DNA from: an uncultured virus (IMG/VR IMGVR_UViG_3300011258_000941)
Taxonomy: Duplodnaviria > Heunggongvirae > Uroviricota > Caudoviricetes
Direction: 5' to 3' (one strand)
IMG/VR virus record: IMGVR_UViG_3300011258_000941
Length of the DNA: 64,000 nucleotides
The position numbers and the translations under genes are program-made. Below, in pieces: positions 48,101 through 58,623 of this stretch. Under the pieces are notes generated by a model, which was given only the letters and a program-made list of their open reading frames with translations, did not search any database and was not told where the DNA came from. Position 1 is the first letter of the stretch; every line of letters starts with the position of its first letter.

Positions 48101-51100
48101 GTCTGCACCGCTACAAGTAATCGTCAAAGCCCCCGCTACTGCGGCGTTAGAGGTTGCCGTTTCAACAATTGCTGAATCTAATTTAGCGTCATAAGTATAA
48201 TAGAAATTTTGGAAGGATGGCGTTTGGCCGTTTATTCCACGAGAGGCTTTCATTTTCCCAAAACCGTTTTCGGGAAAATCTGTTATCAAAGTGGAAGAAG
48301 GTTTTGTTTCAATAACAGTATCACCGACTTCAATTTTGCGATTTAATTCTCCCGAAGCACCAACCCACTTTCGGAAATTTTCATGGAAGCCGTAAGGAGA
48401 AGCGTTGTTAGAGTTTGTGCTTGCCGCTTGCGCCCAATAATTATCCATTAACACAGGGAAGCCGTGAAATTCTGTTTCGTAGTCTCCAACATTTCTTGTC
48501 CCACCGCTTCGTTGTCCGTAGGTTCCACCGTTAATAAAAGTATTAAGGTTAAAGAACTTTGAGCAATCGTAGATAAGCAAAGAACCCGCTTTGTCTTCCC
48601 ATCCTCTCAAAACCGATTCGCGATTATCAGCATCGGCATTTTTAATGAATGGGCCTGTTGCCGTATATGGGTCGGGGGCAGTATAAGCAGTAGTTAAAAC
48701 TATTACCGTATAAGTACCTCCTGCTGTCACACTATGGATTGTGTGTATGCCGTTGTAAAACGCACTGTTCATAATGTATATTTTGTCACCTGCGGCAACG
48801 GTTGTTATTTTTTGAGTACCGCTACCAATACTTGCGTTTGGTATTCTAAATTCCGCAAAGGTACTACCTCCACCCACCGCTTTGATTGCTGTTCCACCAT
48901 TGTTGTTTATTTGCACACAACCGGCATCCTGCTTAACACTTCCACCGGCAAGAGTATTTGACCACGGAGCATTTGTGGATGGGTCAATTTCAGCATCTAA
49001 TTCCCAAATATCAACATCTGTTCCAATTTTTAAATCTGTAAAATTATCATAACTTCCGTCATCATTTAATTGGTCAGTAAAGGCAATACTAACATTGTAA
49101 TTTTCAGCAACAGGTTTCATTAAGCCAAAACTTTTCTTTCGGAAGCCACCGTCAGCGTCAGCGTCAGCGTTGTTTCTCATGTCAGCCCATTGTACCCATA
49201 TGTGCTTGTAGTCTTGGCTTGTCGTAAGGAAGTAAATTTCGTCACCGTTTGACGAATGCCCATAGTGGTCAAGAGAAAGACCATTGACCCCAACAAGATA
49301 TGTGTTACCGTCTAAGGCGGGACTGATATATCCTTCGTAGGTAAATGTGTCCAAGAACCCATCGGAGGTTTTAATTTGTGCAACACCGTTACTCATAGCA
49401 TCTTCATTAAAAAGACTTGTTTCTATTTGCATAACGGTAGCGTCAGCAGTTATGCTTGCTTGAAGAATTGACCTATCGGTACGGTTGTAATCAAACACAC
49501 CAAAATGTTTCTTAAACCACGGACTTTTTGCTAACTGTCGCATCCAAACGGCGTGAGAATCTCTTAGCACTAAATTTTCTGTCGTGTCCGAAATAAAACC
49601 CTTTTCAATTGTGTAATCAACAGTTTTACCTGTGCTTGTTGTTATTGCAGTTTGGGTACTATTAGTTTTAACATAAGACTTACCACCATACGAGATAATT
49701 GCATTTACCGTATAAAATCCCGAAGCAGGGATTCCGGTTCCCGATTCCGATTCGGGAATAGTGATAACATCTCCTGTTGTCAATGCGCTACCATCACTTC
49801 GCAAAGGTAATGTGCTAAAAGTAAATACTTTGTAGCCGGTTTCCGCTTGTGTTCTTGGGTGCTTACTTCCATATCCCTCAAGAACACCGGAACCAACAGA
49901 AGCATTAGGAACATAAGTTAATCCTGTTATCTCAAGTACCTGTTCTCCCGTAGCAACACCAAAGGGGCTTGTGCTTACTCCGTTAATAGTAACATTGTTT
50001 TTGTTGTGGTCAAGGAAGCCGAACAAGTCCGGCGTACTTGATGTAGTGTAGGAAGTGCCGGTGTAAGCAAGAATAACTTCGGTAGCCCCTCCACCTGTTT
50101 TATTGACTCCTTTAATCCAATATCCCGACCATTCTTCTTCAACATTATTTGGCCCCGACACATCTTCATTGTTATACATTTGAATTGGGTGGGCGGAATT
50201 AAGTTTGGTTCGTTGGGAAGAAAATTCCTTGTATGAAGTCGCTGATTCGTAACCAAGTGAAGGTTGTGTTTCTTCAAACTTTTTAACACCCATAAACATT
50301 GAATCTGTTAGCGTTGCTATTTCTCCTGTGCGAGCAAGCACTTTATCTTCTGTACCTACACCGATTTGACCTATTTCCCAAGAAGTAATCTGTCGGTCAA
50401 GTAATGAAAGTGAATCGCGAGCCTGTACTACGATTTTTCGTGTACGGTCGCTTGCAGTTTGTGTGATATTTACTTTTTCAATAATACCATTCCACAACGG
50501 CCTATCAATGCCTCCGCTAAACATGAGAAGTCGCCAATCGGTAATGTCGTCGCTTGTAAACCACGGAGTAAGATTTTGTTCGGTATCATCATCAAGTATT
50601 GAAATTTGTGCTTGACTAACACCATTAACGGGCATAGTACAAGTCCATGAATCAACGGGGGCGGGAAGTAATGTACCATCGGGAATGTCTGTTAAGGGCC
50701 GATAAAGAGCCACACGGTCAATCATTGTAGCCACTACTACATTGTTGTAGATTGATGAATTAGGAGTCACAAATAACTCCCATCCGGTCATCTCCGATGG
50801 TAAAAAAGCGGCACTTGTTTGTGTGTTGTTGGCGATAGTATAACCGGAAGAATAAGCACCTGCCGTTGGATTAGTGGCCGTGACTTCTGTTCCATCGTGA
50901 TACACCTTAAACTTATTATTAGTGTAATCTAATTTAAAATCCAAGTCAAACCAAACATCAGCAGTTTCGCTACCTACTTTTAGTCCGGCAACCCATAGGG
51001 AGTGATATGTGCTAACTACGGCACTAAGCCCTGTTCCATCATGAGGTCGTATTGTCCAATTGATTGCGGGAGTACCACCACCACTACCTGTCGTTCCCCA

Positions 51101-52069
51101 AGAAGTATTTACGGGAAAACCAACCTTTAGAACATACTCAACCTGTGCGCTTGAGTCAGCCGTTTCGTTGGGGATGACTGCTGAATATCCCATCATGGCT
51201 TGAGCCGACATTCTTATTGTAAAAAAATCATTGTCGGACTTGCTGTTTAAAGATGTAGATGATGCAATCACAGGACGGTAAGCACCGCTTGGTGTTTGGT
51301 TGTCTAACTGATGTGCCGTATTATCTTTAAGATAGGTTGTGACACACAAAAAGGGTTTTTTTGACTTGCTTTTTATTGGAATAAAATGCCCTTCGGGAGT
51401 ATTTTCATGCGTTGTTGCCGCACCCGTAGTACCGTTATATGCACCTAATTGGGTACGCTCTCCCATCCAAACTCCGGTTAGATGCGCCCACTGCATAAAG
51501 TCGGGTGTATTGTATTCGGTATTAAGTCCCGATTGACCCTTAAACCAATTTTTACCATTATAGGAATAAGTAAGAGAGCGACCATAGGAAGCATCTGTGT
51601 CGCCGTTAGGAATGTAGTATCGTATAGATGAATCGGATGAACCCGACATTAGCATATACGCATCGTCGGTTGAGGCAGTATCGGCTTGTCTAAACCTTAC
51701 ACGGTTGGAATTAAAATTTGAATTTGGGTATTGTATCTGTGAACGACCGGCCCAATGCACACCTTTGCCCAATCGGTTTTTGTCAAGAGTGGCCCAACGA
51801 GCGATACCGTCATTGTTTAAGAGGTAGGAAGAAGCCGATGAAAATTCATTGTTGTTGGCTCTATCACGAACAGACCAACGATAACGGGGATTTAGTATAG
51901 CCTCGCCATTGAGAGTATTTCCATGATGCGTACTGTCGGCATTGTACGCTCCATCCGTTGATGGAGCATTGTCATCATCGGCTATTACACGAGAGCCGAG
52001 CCAATCCTCATAGTACCCTGCGAGCCAAAACCCGTATTTGCTTGTTGCTGTTCTTGACATTTTCTTCAC
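45170..52069 (-). CDS. Very large tail tip/host-attachment protein (2299 aa)
   Basis: Directly after the tape measure gene; G/S/T/N-rich beta composition; hub-like segments. Confidence 0.75.
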   Translation of the reverse strand: MKKMSRTATSKYGFWLAGYYEDWLGSRVIADDDNAPSTDGAYNADSTHHGNTLNGEAILNPRYRWSVRDRANNNEFSSASSYLLNNDGIARWATLDKNRLGKGVHWAGRSQIQYPNSNFNSNRVRFRQADTASTDDAYMLMSGSSDSSIRYYIPNGDTDASYGRSLTYSYNGKNWFKGQSGLNTEYNTPDFMQWAHLTGVWMGERTQLGAYNGTTGAATTHENTPEGHFIPIKSKSKKPFLCVTTYLKDNTAHQLDNQTPSGAYRPVIASSTSLNSKSDNDFFTIRMSAQAMMGYSAVIPNETADSSAQVEYVLKVGFPVNTSWGTTGSGGGTPAINWTIRPHDGTGLSAVVSTYHSLWVAGLKVGSETADVWFDLDFKLDYTNNKFKVYHDGTEVTATNPTAGAYSSGYTIANNTQTSAAFLPSEMTGWELFVTPNSSIYNNVVVATMIDRVALYRPLTDIPDGTLLPAPVDSWTCTMPVNGVSQAQISILDDDTEQNLTPWFTSDDITDWRLLMFSGGIDRPLWNGIIEKVNITQTASDRTRKIVVQARDSLSLLDRQITSWEIGQIGVGTEDKVLARTGEIATLTDSMFMGVKKFEETQPSLGYESATSYKEFSSQRTKLNSAHPIQMYNNEDVSGPNNVEEEWSGYWIKGVNKTGGGATEVILAYTGTSYTTSSTPDLFGFLDHNKNNVTINGVSTSPFGVATGEQVLEITGLTYVPNASVGSGVLEGYGSKHPRTQAETGYKVFTFSTLPLRSDGSALTTGDVITIPESESGTGIPASGFYTVNAIISYGGKSYVKTNSTQTAITTSTGKTVDYTIEKGFISDTTENLVLRDSHAVWMRQLAKSPWFKKHFGVFDYNRTDRSILQASITADATVMQIETSLFNEDAMSNGVAQIKTSDGFLDTFTYEGYISPALDGNTYLVGVNGLSLDHYGHSSNGDEIYFLTTSQDYKHIWVQWADMRNNADADADGGFRKKSFGLMKPVAENYNVSIAFTDQLNDDGSYDNFTDLKIGTDVDIWELDAEIDPSTNAPWSNTLAGGSVKQDAGCVQINNNGGTAIKAVGGGSTFAEFRIPNASIGSGTQKITTVAAGDKIYIMNSAFYNGIHTIHSVTAGGTYTVIVLTTAYTAPDPYTATGPFIKNADADNRESVLRGWEDKAGSLLIYDCSKFFNLNTFINGGTYGQRSGGTRNVGDYETEFHGFPVLMDNYWAQAASTNSNNASPYGFHENFRKWVGASGELNRKIEVGDTVIETKPSSTLITDFPENGFGKMKASRGINGQTPSFQNFYYTYDAKLDSAIVETATSNAAVAGALTITCSGADFVNDGVKVGMRVRNVTAKWVAQITSLTATTIVVDDSVAGAETGSTRQDVQIGDSISIPQQLYGVYILPETGINSVEQAETLLQGILLDPTRKANGSTVEIDITSSGATTTAGAFDEVIIVGSISPRYALRFMMNIEGNVVSPNIGTYWMSDKARFLWSLNLSKTWLAQSSISSWFDIGSIPMTNNMTTDGTNANFDSFGTAYDARGGKSMFSILRESVEATGFGYENSKRLPITYQVGRDNKLEIRPTYNSGEVVNRDILSVSNLDAQMSGQITNVRVYYNNGSSFSDFPEPTLNQTYRWKIVEVPEITFADEALSVAKEEYYKAKTKAIKIKGEVLRDLTHDDKMLDKGRYGYIADPTRHGERGVAQQVVLGPSYAAVTAANNHTWASTQGTFMSGMTNALDGNMGRQTGSDAFYRDRFGKGFISATGTAADQTEQYYNNYWWVGAASVSHAVQVVNIPSGCPLVSDGDGNELRVWVALKDGQSGTDIENAEFTIGLTDMSFNTGVSSFTNYTGGTSTYSPTFEASDDSHIALNVSRNGFYEIDIPSTYWSGKPSGAKFTLSVNVDYLKALLYHRCGDPSASGILHNAHNITDFGPSAWAATNADSIFPLGARKYDNMSGLMGIRAGWYAPRLHIVEDLRWRPATTVTFSDSGLGLTSEPMVITRIDWRVDGRDIESVNLALERDQTKDAGGLAGYLYPSVSRGRGQQASSGSVGGGSSGFKPRPRNPGPLPPPQKPEGTSTPDVSIPEGAKNPDIGGAFLKKSTANSMSSTSYGNMNGRMDFLEMGVSGSNFGILGQKRTPPPLNTQRAVDGIGDNQQPTSGTSTISSEGMVFTGIVNPESSDRYTQTHSITVKVPDDVANEMFGVAGYYSLGGDGTTKAVITATIECVETGASITRTINLSGDAEREAFPIVSSALNGASTQGNTIKVTMKRTPATGDDDASFSSLILHNLSVNFQRFSVFGSGTSSLGFKPY

Positions 52070-52077
52070 TTCTCTAT

Positions 52078-55000
52078 CTATGCGTTAGGGATATTAAGTC
52101 CCAACCCATTCAAATTCTCTACTACTTGCTTTGTAATTTCATTTGCGGCTTGGGTTGTTGTCATTCCCGTAAAGTTATTTGTCATAATAACTTCCGTAGT
52201 GTTAATGAGCGTTTCCACGCCCTTGTTCACTACTTGCTTCACCATGTCTCCTGTGATATTACCTTTACTCATACCGAAGAACATTTCTTCACGAGCGTTG
52301 CTAAATTCAAACGCCGCTTCCTTAGCGGCTTCAATCGGCCCAATAAAGTTTTCAGTAACATTTGCGTTAAAACCTTCAAGTGAGCCACCATCTTTTAGTG
52401 CCTCATTGACTTTTTCCATAAATTGTTCAAAGGTTGAAGACGCATTAGCCATTTCTTGTATCGCTCCCTTGTATTCTTCGGGTACTCTATCAGCAAACCC
52501 CCTTGTTGCCGCTTCTAATGCGGCTAATTCTTCTCTTGGAGTTAGGTTCTTTGCTTGTGCGCCCGGTATTACTCCCAAAAATCCTTCTGTTATTTGCATT
52601 CCTACATCACGCATACGACCGCCCATTGTTTTTGTTTTGGCTCTAAACGCATCTTCGGCGGCCTGTGCTTCGGACTTTTGTTGTGCTTCTTTCATAGTTT
52701 CATACATACTATAAGAAAAACCACCACTAAGACCGGATTCGGATATTGCTTCAAGGGACTTTATAGTTTGTATGTCTCGGCTTATTGCTAACTCTTCTCT
52801 TAGACTTGCTAACTTTGCGTCTTGTTGGTCTTTTATGATTCCTTCGGAAGTTATCCGGTTATCTAAAATATCTTGAATTTGTGTTTCAAGAGTAATCATG
52901 TCACGGTAAATTTGTACGCCCGATGTATTGCTCATTGTTTCAGCAAGGGCATTATATGAATCTTGGGAGTATGTAACGACTTCGTTCATGTTAGAAATTG
53001 AATCAGTCGTTGCATCAAAAGATTCTTTCGCATCGGGCATCAATTGGTAAACAAGGAAGGTTAATGCCGCTACGCCCGCACCAATCATACTAAACTTTGT
53101 CACTTTTTGAAACCTTGTCATGCTAACAGTGGCGGCATTGGTGGCGGTGGCTACACCTGTCATCCCTGTCATTAACTTTACAGAAGAACCTGTCATTGTA
53201 ATCATTTGAATTGTCATTGGAATCATACTAAGATTCATCAAAATCATACCCATTCTTGCCGATTTAGCGTTATCCCCAAACATAGAAAAGCCCATTGACA
53301 TAGCACCTAAAGTACCCGATAATTGCATCATTCTCATATTTAGCATCATAGCGCGATTCACTACATTTTCTGATTTTTGCGCTACTTTATCTAATGAACC
53401 TGTAAACATAGTTAATGTTGGAATTAACCCTCTTAGCACTTGTTCGTCCATTTGATATGCAATTGCTAATTCACGAGCAACCCGTTCCGCTACTTCCATA
53501 ATAGCAACATTTTGGGTTTCAGTGTTAGAAAGACCGGCGGTAATTGTTGTCAATTCTACCTTTGCCGCACCTAATATCTTATGTGCTTCGGTGGTTCCTT
53601 TTACTGCATCAGTATGCGCCATTGTCATTAGGATAGCGATACCTTCGGCTTGCATTTGTTCGCTTGCGTGTTGAACACCTTGTCTTGATAACTCAAGAAA
53701 GAGTTTTTCCGATTTAGTTAATTCTCCTTGTAATACTAATTGCCTTTCTTTAAGTGAAACCAACGCTCTGTCGTTTGTAGCGATATTGTTTTTTACTGTG
53801 TTAGTTTGCTTCATAAGCATTAGTTCATCTATGCGAGTTCTTGTGCTATGTTGGTCGGCTTTGTTTTTGTCTATTAAAACTTGCAGGTTTCCTTGTTCAA
53901 GAGAAATTTCTAAAGAAGTCGCTTTCATTTGTCTTTGCTTTGTAGTTAATCGTTGGACTTCAAGCATATGCAATTGTTGTTTCTTTCTAAAAAGACCTAC
54001 ATTGTTTGTTAATTCAAGATTACTCATAAAAGTAATATGTTCTTGTTCAGCACCATAGGATTTATTGAAACTTAACTGCGAGGCTAATATCATCGCTTTC
54101 TTTGATTCAGCCGTAGCCTGTTCATTGATAAGACCAAGATTGGTTCTCAATTGTGCCGCCTGTCCACCATACGCACTTGCTCGTACTAAGTCTTGTCCCG
54201 AAAGGGCGCGTTGAATCTGTAACTGTGTTTGAAGGGACACAGTAAGGCTCATCATGTTTAGGTTGGCTTCAACAAGGGGAGCGTACATTTTTCCAAACTG
54301 TTGAACACTAAACAAAATATCTAACATTTTTCCTAATGCCGGTGATGATTCCGCCATATCCGCCAATGCAAAGTTAAGGTCGGCTTGTGCTTTTGTAGCC
54401 CTAATAACGGCAGGAGTAAATATGTCACCTACTGCCGCCTTTGAATTTTTTAGTCGGGCTTCTTGTTGAGTCAAAAGAAAGGCATTATCTTCAAAACGCT
54501 TATTTAATTCATCCTGTGCAGTGTCTAATTCATTGACTGCATCAGTTTGTAATTGCATGGTTCGGTTAAACCCTTCCATCAATTTGATAGCACGAACATA
54601 GTGGTCGTTTCCGGCCATAGCCTGTGAGATTTGTAATTGTTGTTCGTTTGACAAGTGAGGATAAATTTTTGATAGGTCAGTAAGTATTTCCTCAAGACTG
54701 CGAAGTGAGCCATTAGCGTTTTTAGTTTCAACACCAAACTTACGAAGGATTTCGGAATTTTTGCCTGTGTCAGCACCAAGACGGGCGTAAATCATTTTGA
54801 GCGCACGACCGGCCTTACCTTGTTCTTCACCGGCTTCAATCAGTGTGGCTGATGCCGCCGCCATAAAGGAAGTTTCGTCACCGGCCAATTTTGCCGACGA
54901 AGCGAATTGGTTCATAACATGGGTCATTTGAGCCATTGTTGCGGATGAACGGTTTTCAATTGTGTTCAATTGGTTGAGCATTTTTACGCTTTCGTAACCA

Positions 55001-55611
55001 ACAAGATTTGCTTTTTCTTGTGCCGATAATCTTTCAAACTGTGCTTTTGTCAAACCACCATACATAAACATAGTTTGTTGTTGTAAGGAAATTAACTTTT
55101 TCATAGCATCTTCTGTTTCCATACCACCGACTAAACCAAACTGAATACCTACTTCGGTAGCGACTCCGGTTGCCTCTCCACCACCAACAATTTGTGATAA
55201 CTGCGCCATTTTTGCACCTGCCGAAAGTGCTTGGTCGGCGGCAAACCCGTAGGTTTCACCAATTTCAATTATTCTGTCACCAATTTCTTGTGACTCGGCA
55301 AAGTTAGCAAACTTTTCAAACTCAATACGAGCAAACCCAATTTCTTTTGATAAAGGAACGGTACTGTCTACTAAGTTTTGCATCTGTTCGCCAATCAACC
55401 CTACTCCTTCGGTAATACCCGAAAGACCGTCAAGAACCAATCCCTGCAACACAGTAATTTTTGCTTGAGCATCACCAATCAATCGCGTGGCTTGGAACGA
55501 GCCGACAACATCAAAGAAAATACGGGATGCACCGGCTCGGAGTACGAGCATGGTAACAGTGGCGAATAAGGCCACTACGGGCATAAGGGAGGTGAACAAA
55601 TGTGCAATCAC
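52078..55611 (-). CDS. Tail tape measure protein
   Basis: 1177 aa helical; TP901-type core AASATLIEAGEEQGKAGRALKMIYARL; follows tail chaperones. Confidence 0.88.
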   Translation of the reverse strand: MIAHLFTSLMPVVALFATVTMLVLRAGASRIFFDVVGSFQATRLIGDAQAKITVLQGLVLDGLSGITEGVGLIGEQMQNLVDSTVPLSKEIGFARIEFEKFANFAESQEIGDRIIEIGETYGFAADQALSAGAKMAQLSQIVGGGEATGVATEVGIQFGLVGGMETEDAMKKLISLQQQTMFMYGGLTKAQFERLSAQEKANLVGYESVKMLNQLNTIENRSSATMAQMTHVMNQFASSAKLAGDETSFMAAASATLIEAGEEQGKAGRALKMIYARLGADTGKNSEILRKFGVETKNANGSLRSLEEILTDLSKIYPHLSNEQQLQISQAMAGNDHYVRAIKLMEGFNRTMQLQTDAVNELDTAQDELNKRFEDNAFLLTQQEARLKNSKAAVGDIFTPAVIRATKAQADLNFALADMAESSPALGKMLDILFSVQQFGKMYAPLVEANLNMMSLTVSLQTQLQIQRALSGQDLVRASAYGGQAAQLRTNLGLINEQATAESKKAMILASQLSFNKSYGAEQEHITFMSNLELTNNVGLFRKKQQLHMLEVQRLTTKQRQMKATSLEISLEQGNLQVLIDKNKADQHSTRTRIDELMLMKQTNTVKNNIATNDRALVSLKERQLVLQGELTKSEKLFLELSRQGVQHASEQMQAEGIAILMTMAHTDAVKGTTEAHKILGAAKVELTTITAGLSNTETQNVAIMEVAERVARELAIAYQMDEQVLRGLIPTLTMFTGSLDKVAQKSENVVNRAMMLNMRMMQLSGTLGAMSMGFSMFGDNAKSARMGMILMNLSMIPMTIQMITMTGSSVKLMTGMTGVATATNAATVSMTRFQKVTKFSMIGAGVAALTFLVYQLMPDAKESFDATTDSISNMNEVVTYSQDSYNALAETMSNTSGVQIYRDMITLETQIQDILDNRITSEGIIKDQQDAKLASLREELAISRDIQTIKSLEAISESGLSGGFSYSMYETMKEAQQKSEAQAAEDAFRAKTKTMGGRMRDVGMQITEGFLGVIPGAQAKNLTPREELAALEAATRGFADRVPEEYKGAIQEMANASSTFEQFMEKVNEALKDGGSLEGFNANVTENFIGPIEAAKEAAFEFSNAREEMFFGMSKGNITGDMVKQVVNKGVETLINTTEVIMTNNFTGMTTTQAANEITKQVVENLNGLGLNIPNA

Positions 55612-55625
55612 TACTAAACCCTCTC

Positions 55626-55934
55626 TTACTTCGCACTACGCTCTATGGGCAAGCCTAAGCCCTGTAAAAATGCTACACTCTCGTTGTCGTTTAATAATTG
55701 GCGTTGCTCTTGTCTTTGCTTGCGACGAGCCGCCATACCTTTACCGTCAAATTTCTTCTTTGATTTTTGTGTAGCGTCGTTAATTTTATCGGACATATCC
55801 ATAGCAACCAATAAGTCAATTGTCATTTGCTCTTGACCGCCTTCGCAGTCGTACCTGTCCCATAATTCCGAGGGGAGCGTTCCCTTGTACGCCATGCAAA
55901 GCGTTGGGGCTACTCGGAAGAATTGTCCAAAGGG
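55626..55934 (-). CDS. Tail assembly chaperone T part (via -1 frameshift)
   Basis: -1 frame from C CCT TTG reads FGQFFRVAPTLCMAYKG... Confidence 0.75.
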   Translation of the reverse strand, partial: PFGQFFRVAPTLCMAYKGTLPSELWDRYDCEGGQEQMTIDLLVAMDMSDKINDATQKSKKKFDGKGMAARRKQRQEQRQLLNDNESVAFLQGLGLPIERSAK

Positions 55935-56272
55935 GGCGCACCATCCGGGTCATCCCCACGCACAAAGCCAAGAACCATTCGCAATTCTTCGCTTGTCAAT
56001 GAATCAATGTCAAAATCCTTTGGTTCAATAACACACTTAGGAATCCATGCTTTAATTTGGTCTTCCATACCTGCGCCTTCTTTTTCCAAAGCGTCAGCAA
56101 ATGTTTTTTGTTGTTCGGCAGTCCATTCGGTTGTGTCCAAACCGAAGTGCATATGGTCGCGAAAAACTCTTGCTTGGATATTTTCAATCCGAAGTTTAGT
56201 CATACCACCTGCTTGTCGGCAGGTGATTTTTGTTCCATCGTCTAATTCAAACTCTTTCTTCAATACGGGCAT
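55910..56272 (-). CDS. Tail assembly chaperone G
   Basis: Between tail tube and tape measure genes; slippery heptamer near 3' end. Confidence 0.8.
   Translation of the reverse strand: MPVLKKEFELDDGTKITCRQAGGMTKLRIENIQARVFRDHMHFGLDTTEWTAEQQKTFADALEKEGAGMEDQIKAWIPKCVIEPKDFDIDSLTSEELRMVLGFVRGDDPDGAPPLDNSSE
55928..55934 (-). other. -1 ribosomal frameshift site CCCTTTG
   Basis: X XXY YYZ in the G frame joins G to the downstream ORF. Confidence 0.8.
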
Positions 56273-56312
56273 ATATCTTTCACTTCTCTTTCCTTTTAGG
56301 GGAATACTATTC

Positions 56313-56507
56313 TCATGCTATGATAGCAACAACCGTACAGGTTATGTGGTTGCTATCCTTCTTTCTTGTTGTTGAGCAATTGATGATAACATCATCATTT
56401 GCTATTGCGGCCCGTAGAGCCGTTTGCACTGCGGCGGCAGTACCTTCAAAATGCAAAACATTTAGTTTTGTTTTGTCGGGAATTACTGTTCCACCATTAT
56501 TAGCCAT
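56313..56507 (-). CDS. Small virion-associated protein
   Basis: GAGGTG RBS, inside the tail operon. Confidence 0.65.
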   Translation of the reverse strand: MANNGGTVIPDKTKLNVLHFEGTAAAVQTALRAAIANDDVIINCSTTRKKDSNHITCTVVAIIA

Positions 56508-56516
56508 TTAAACACC

Positions 56517-57515
56517 TCAGTATGCGGATGATTGGGCATTTCGCAAAGTAATATCCATCATTTTGCTATCATCGGGGCTGAAAAGAGCAACAAAGGGAAC
56601 AGTCATGGTTTGTGTGTCACGACCGGAAACATTTGCGTCGGGTGCTTCAAAGCGAATTTTGTAAAAGTTAAATGTTAGAACATCTGCAACGGTTTCGTCG
56701 CCAAACTGAACCTTCAATTCAATTCCACTACCGGACAATTCCAATCCATCAGCCTCAATCAATTGAGAGTAAGCGGGTTCATCAACCGGCCCTGCCGTAG
56801 CAGGTAGTACATTGTTAATAATCTTGTTAAACTCAATTGTTCCGGTAACTTCACGGCGTTGGAATGGTGGCGCACGAACATATGTTGCATCACCAAGTCC
56901 ACAAGCGTTGTCTCCATCACGGTTCATGTTAATGTCAAAGGAAATTGACTTTACAAGGTTAGAAGCCGTTGCGTTGCTGTTAAAGAAAACCTTTGCATCC
57001 GAGAAATACAAAGCATCATTTGTGTTAAAAGAAGGAGTTGCGAGGGCGGCTACTGCGCTTTCTGCTTTACCCATAAAGGATGCTGAAACCATAGCGTACT
57101 CATTTAGATTTGCACTGACTGAAAGACTGTCCACAACAACACCTGTGTAGGTGTGTTGCTTTTCTTCACGACCTACTTTCATGGTAAAAGAACGGTCTGT
57201 TCCTGCTTCGGTGTAAACATGGGGATAAAGACCGGATGCAACAGTACCCACTGTGTCGGTTGGAAAAAGACCTGTTAGAACAAGCCCTGTAAAGTTATCA
57301 GCAAGCATAGCCATGTTAATGTCGCCTTCGGAATACTCTTTTCCTGTGTTTGACTTGGCCGCACCATATCGGCTCATGTCGGTTCGTTGTAGCACATCAT
57401 AGTTGTGCTTCATAGATTCGTCATCAACCTCTCCATAAACATAGGCTGAACCGGGGTCGGTTCCATAGGTTGATTCTTTAACAAGTCCGACATATCTGTT
57501 TGTAAATCCACTCAT
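56517..57515 (-). CDS. Major tail tube protein
   Basis: RYVGLVKESTYGT, YTGVVVDSLSVS, REVTGTIEF; synteny. Confidence 0.82.
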   Translation of the reverse strand: MSGFTNRYVGLVKESTYGTDPGSAYVYGEVDDESMKHNYDVLQRTDMSRYGAAKSNTGKEYSEGDINMAMLADNFTGLVLTGLFPTDTVGTVASGLYPHVYTEAGTDRSFTMKVGREEKQHTYTGVVVDSLSVSANLNEYAMVSASFMGKAESAVAALATPSFNTNDALYFSDAKVFFNSNATASNLVKSISFDINMNRDGDNACGLGDATYVRAPPFQRREVTGTIEFNKIINNVLPATAGPVDEPAYSQLIEADGLELSGSGIELKVQFGDETVADVLTFNFYKIRFEAPDANVSGRDTQTMTVPFVALFSPDDSKMMDITLRNAQSSAY

Positions 57516-57567
57516 AGTAATCACTTCTCGGTGTTTACACTACCAATGCGTTGTTATTTAAGCATTC

Positions 57568-58623
57568 TCAACGATGACGCATATTTAAGCGGCGCATATA
57601 AGTTAGCGTCAATAAATGTGTGCAAATTGTGACTTCATCATCTAATCGGGACTGCAATTCTAATTGGTACTCATACAAACTATCAGTTGTTCCATTTAGA
57701 CCTGTTGTGGTGTATAACTCATCAAAGCATTCTCCTAAAATGTTCAACCCTAATCGGTAAGCATCTTCATAGGTTGTACCCCTTGTTGTGACATAGATGA
57801 GAACATCGTATTCTTGGTCAATACGACCGCCTCCAAGAGCCGCAAAGGTAGGTGACCCTAATCCACGCAATAAGACATGAATAAAGGGCGGAATTGAGCG
57901 TGTAAGCATTTCTTGGGATATGTCATAACCATAACGAATTGACCCTGCATCTAAGTGTGTTTTCAAATGCGCCCTTCGGCTATTCCTTAAACTTTCAACA
58001 ATTGATAGACCCATACGAAGCAAAGTGTCGGTAGCCAAGTCGGAAGGGGCCAATTCAAGGGGAGAGAATGCTCCCATGTCGGTCATGTAAACGGAAGCCC
58101 ACTTAACCGTACCTGTGTTGTTTCCCCAAGCCACATTTCGGCTTGAGCCTGTTGCACCTGCTACGCTTAGGTAAGCCGTTTGTGCGTCATCATCCTCAAT
58201 AATTTCACGCAAGTACAAACGAGCGTTGCCCGAAGCATCAAGAGTCAAGCGCAACGAAAGGGGAACGGGGTTATCTTCCGCCATTGAAATGTCTAAGTCA
58301 TCACTTGTAACAGTCGTTGCACCGACAAGTTTTACTTTTTGTCCAAAGGCTTTTACTTCCACTTTTTTAGAACCGTTATCAAGGGAAAGCAATACTTCGT
58401 CATTATCGGGTACTCCTGTGTATTGTATAACGGTAAAAATAGTATATTCGTTTGTTGTTGGTGTGACATTGTAGCGAGCATCAGTGACTACCCAATACTT
58501 GTCCACTTCGCTTGCACCGCTTCCTGTTGCACTCCAAGCAGTATTGTTTTCACCTGTCGGACTTGTTGGGTCTTCACCGTTTAGTCGGTGGTTCCAAAAT
58601 TCTTCTGTCTTTGCTATCGTCAT
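57568..58623 (-). CDS. Tail terminator-like protein with extra N-terminal beta domain
   Basis: C-terminal PPFIHV...EYDVLIYV pattern; directly upstream of the tail tube gene. Confidence 0.55.
   Translation of the reverse strand: MTIAKTEEFWNHRLNGEDPTSPTGENNTAWSATGSGASEVDKYWVVTDARYNVTPTTNEYTIFTVIQYTGVPDNDEVLLSLDNGSKKVEVKAFGQKVKLVGATTVTSDDLDISMAEDNPVPLSLRLTLDASGNARLYLREIIEDDDAQTAYLSVAGATGSSRNVAWGNNTGTVKWASVYMTDMGAFSPLELAPSDLATDTLLRMGLSIVESLRNSRRAHLKTHLDAGSIRYGYDISQEMLTRSIPPFIHVLLRGLGSPTFAALGGGRIDQEYDVLIYVTTRGTTYEDAYRLGLNILGECFDELYTTTGLNGTTDSLYEYQLELQSRLDDEVTICTHLLTLTYMRRLNMRHR

Noticed and set aside
22592..58587. Isolated TTTAGTCG/CGACTAAA copies at about 22592, 54449, 55128 and 58580
   Set aside because: Inside coding sequence with no TATA at +20; compatible with chance.
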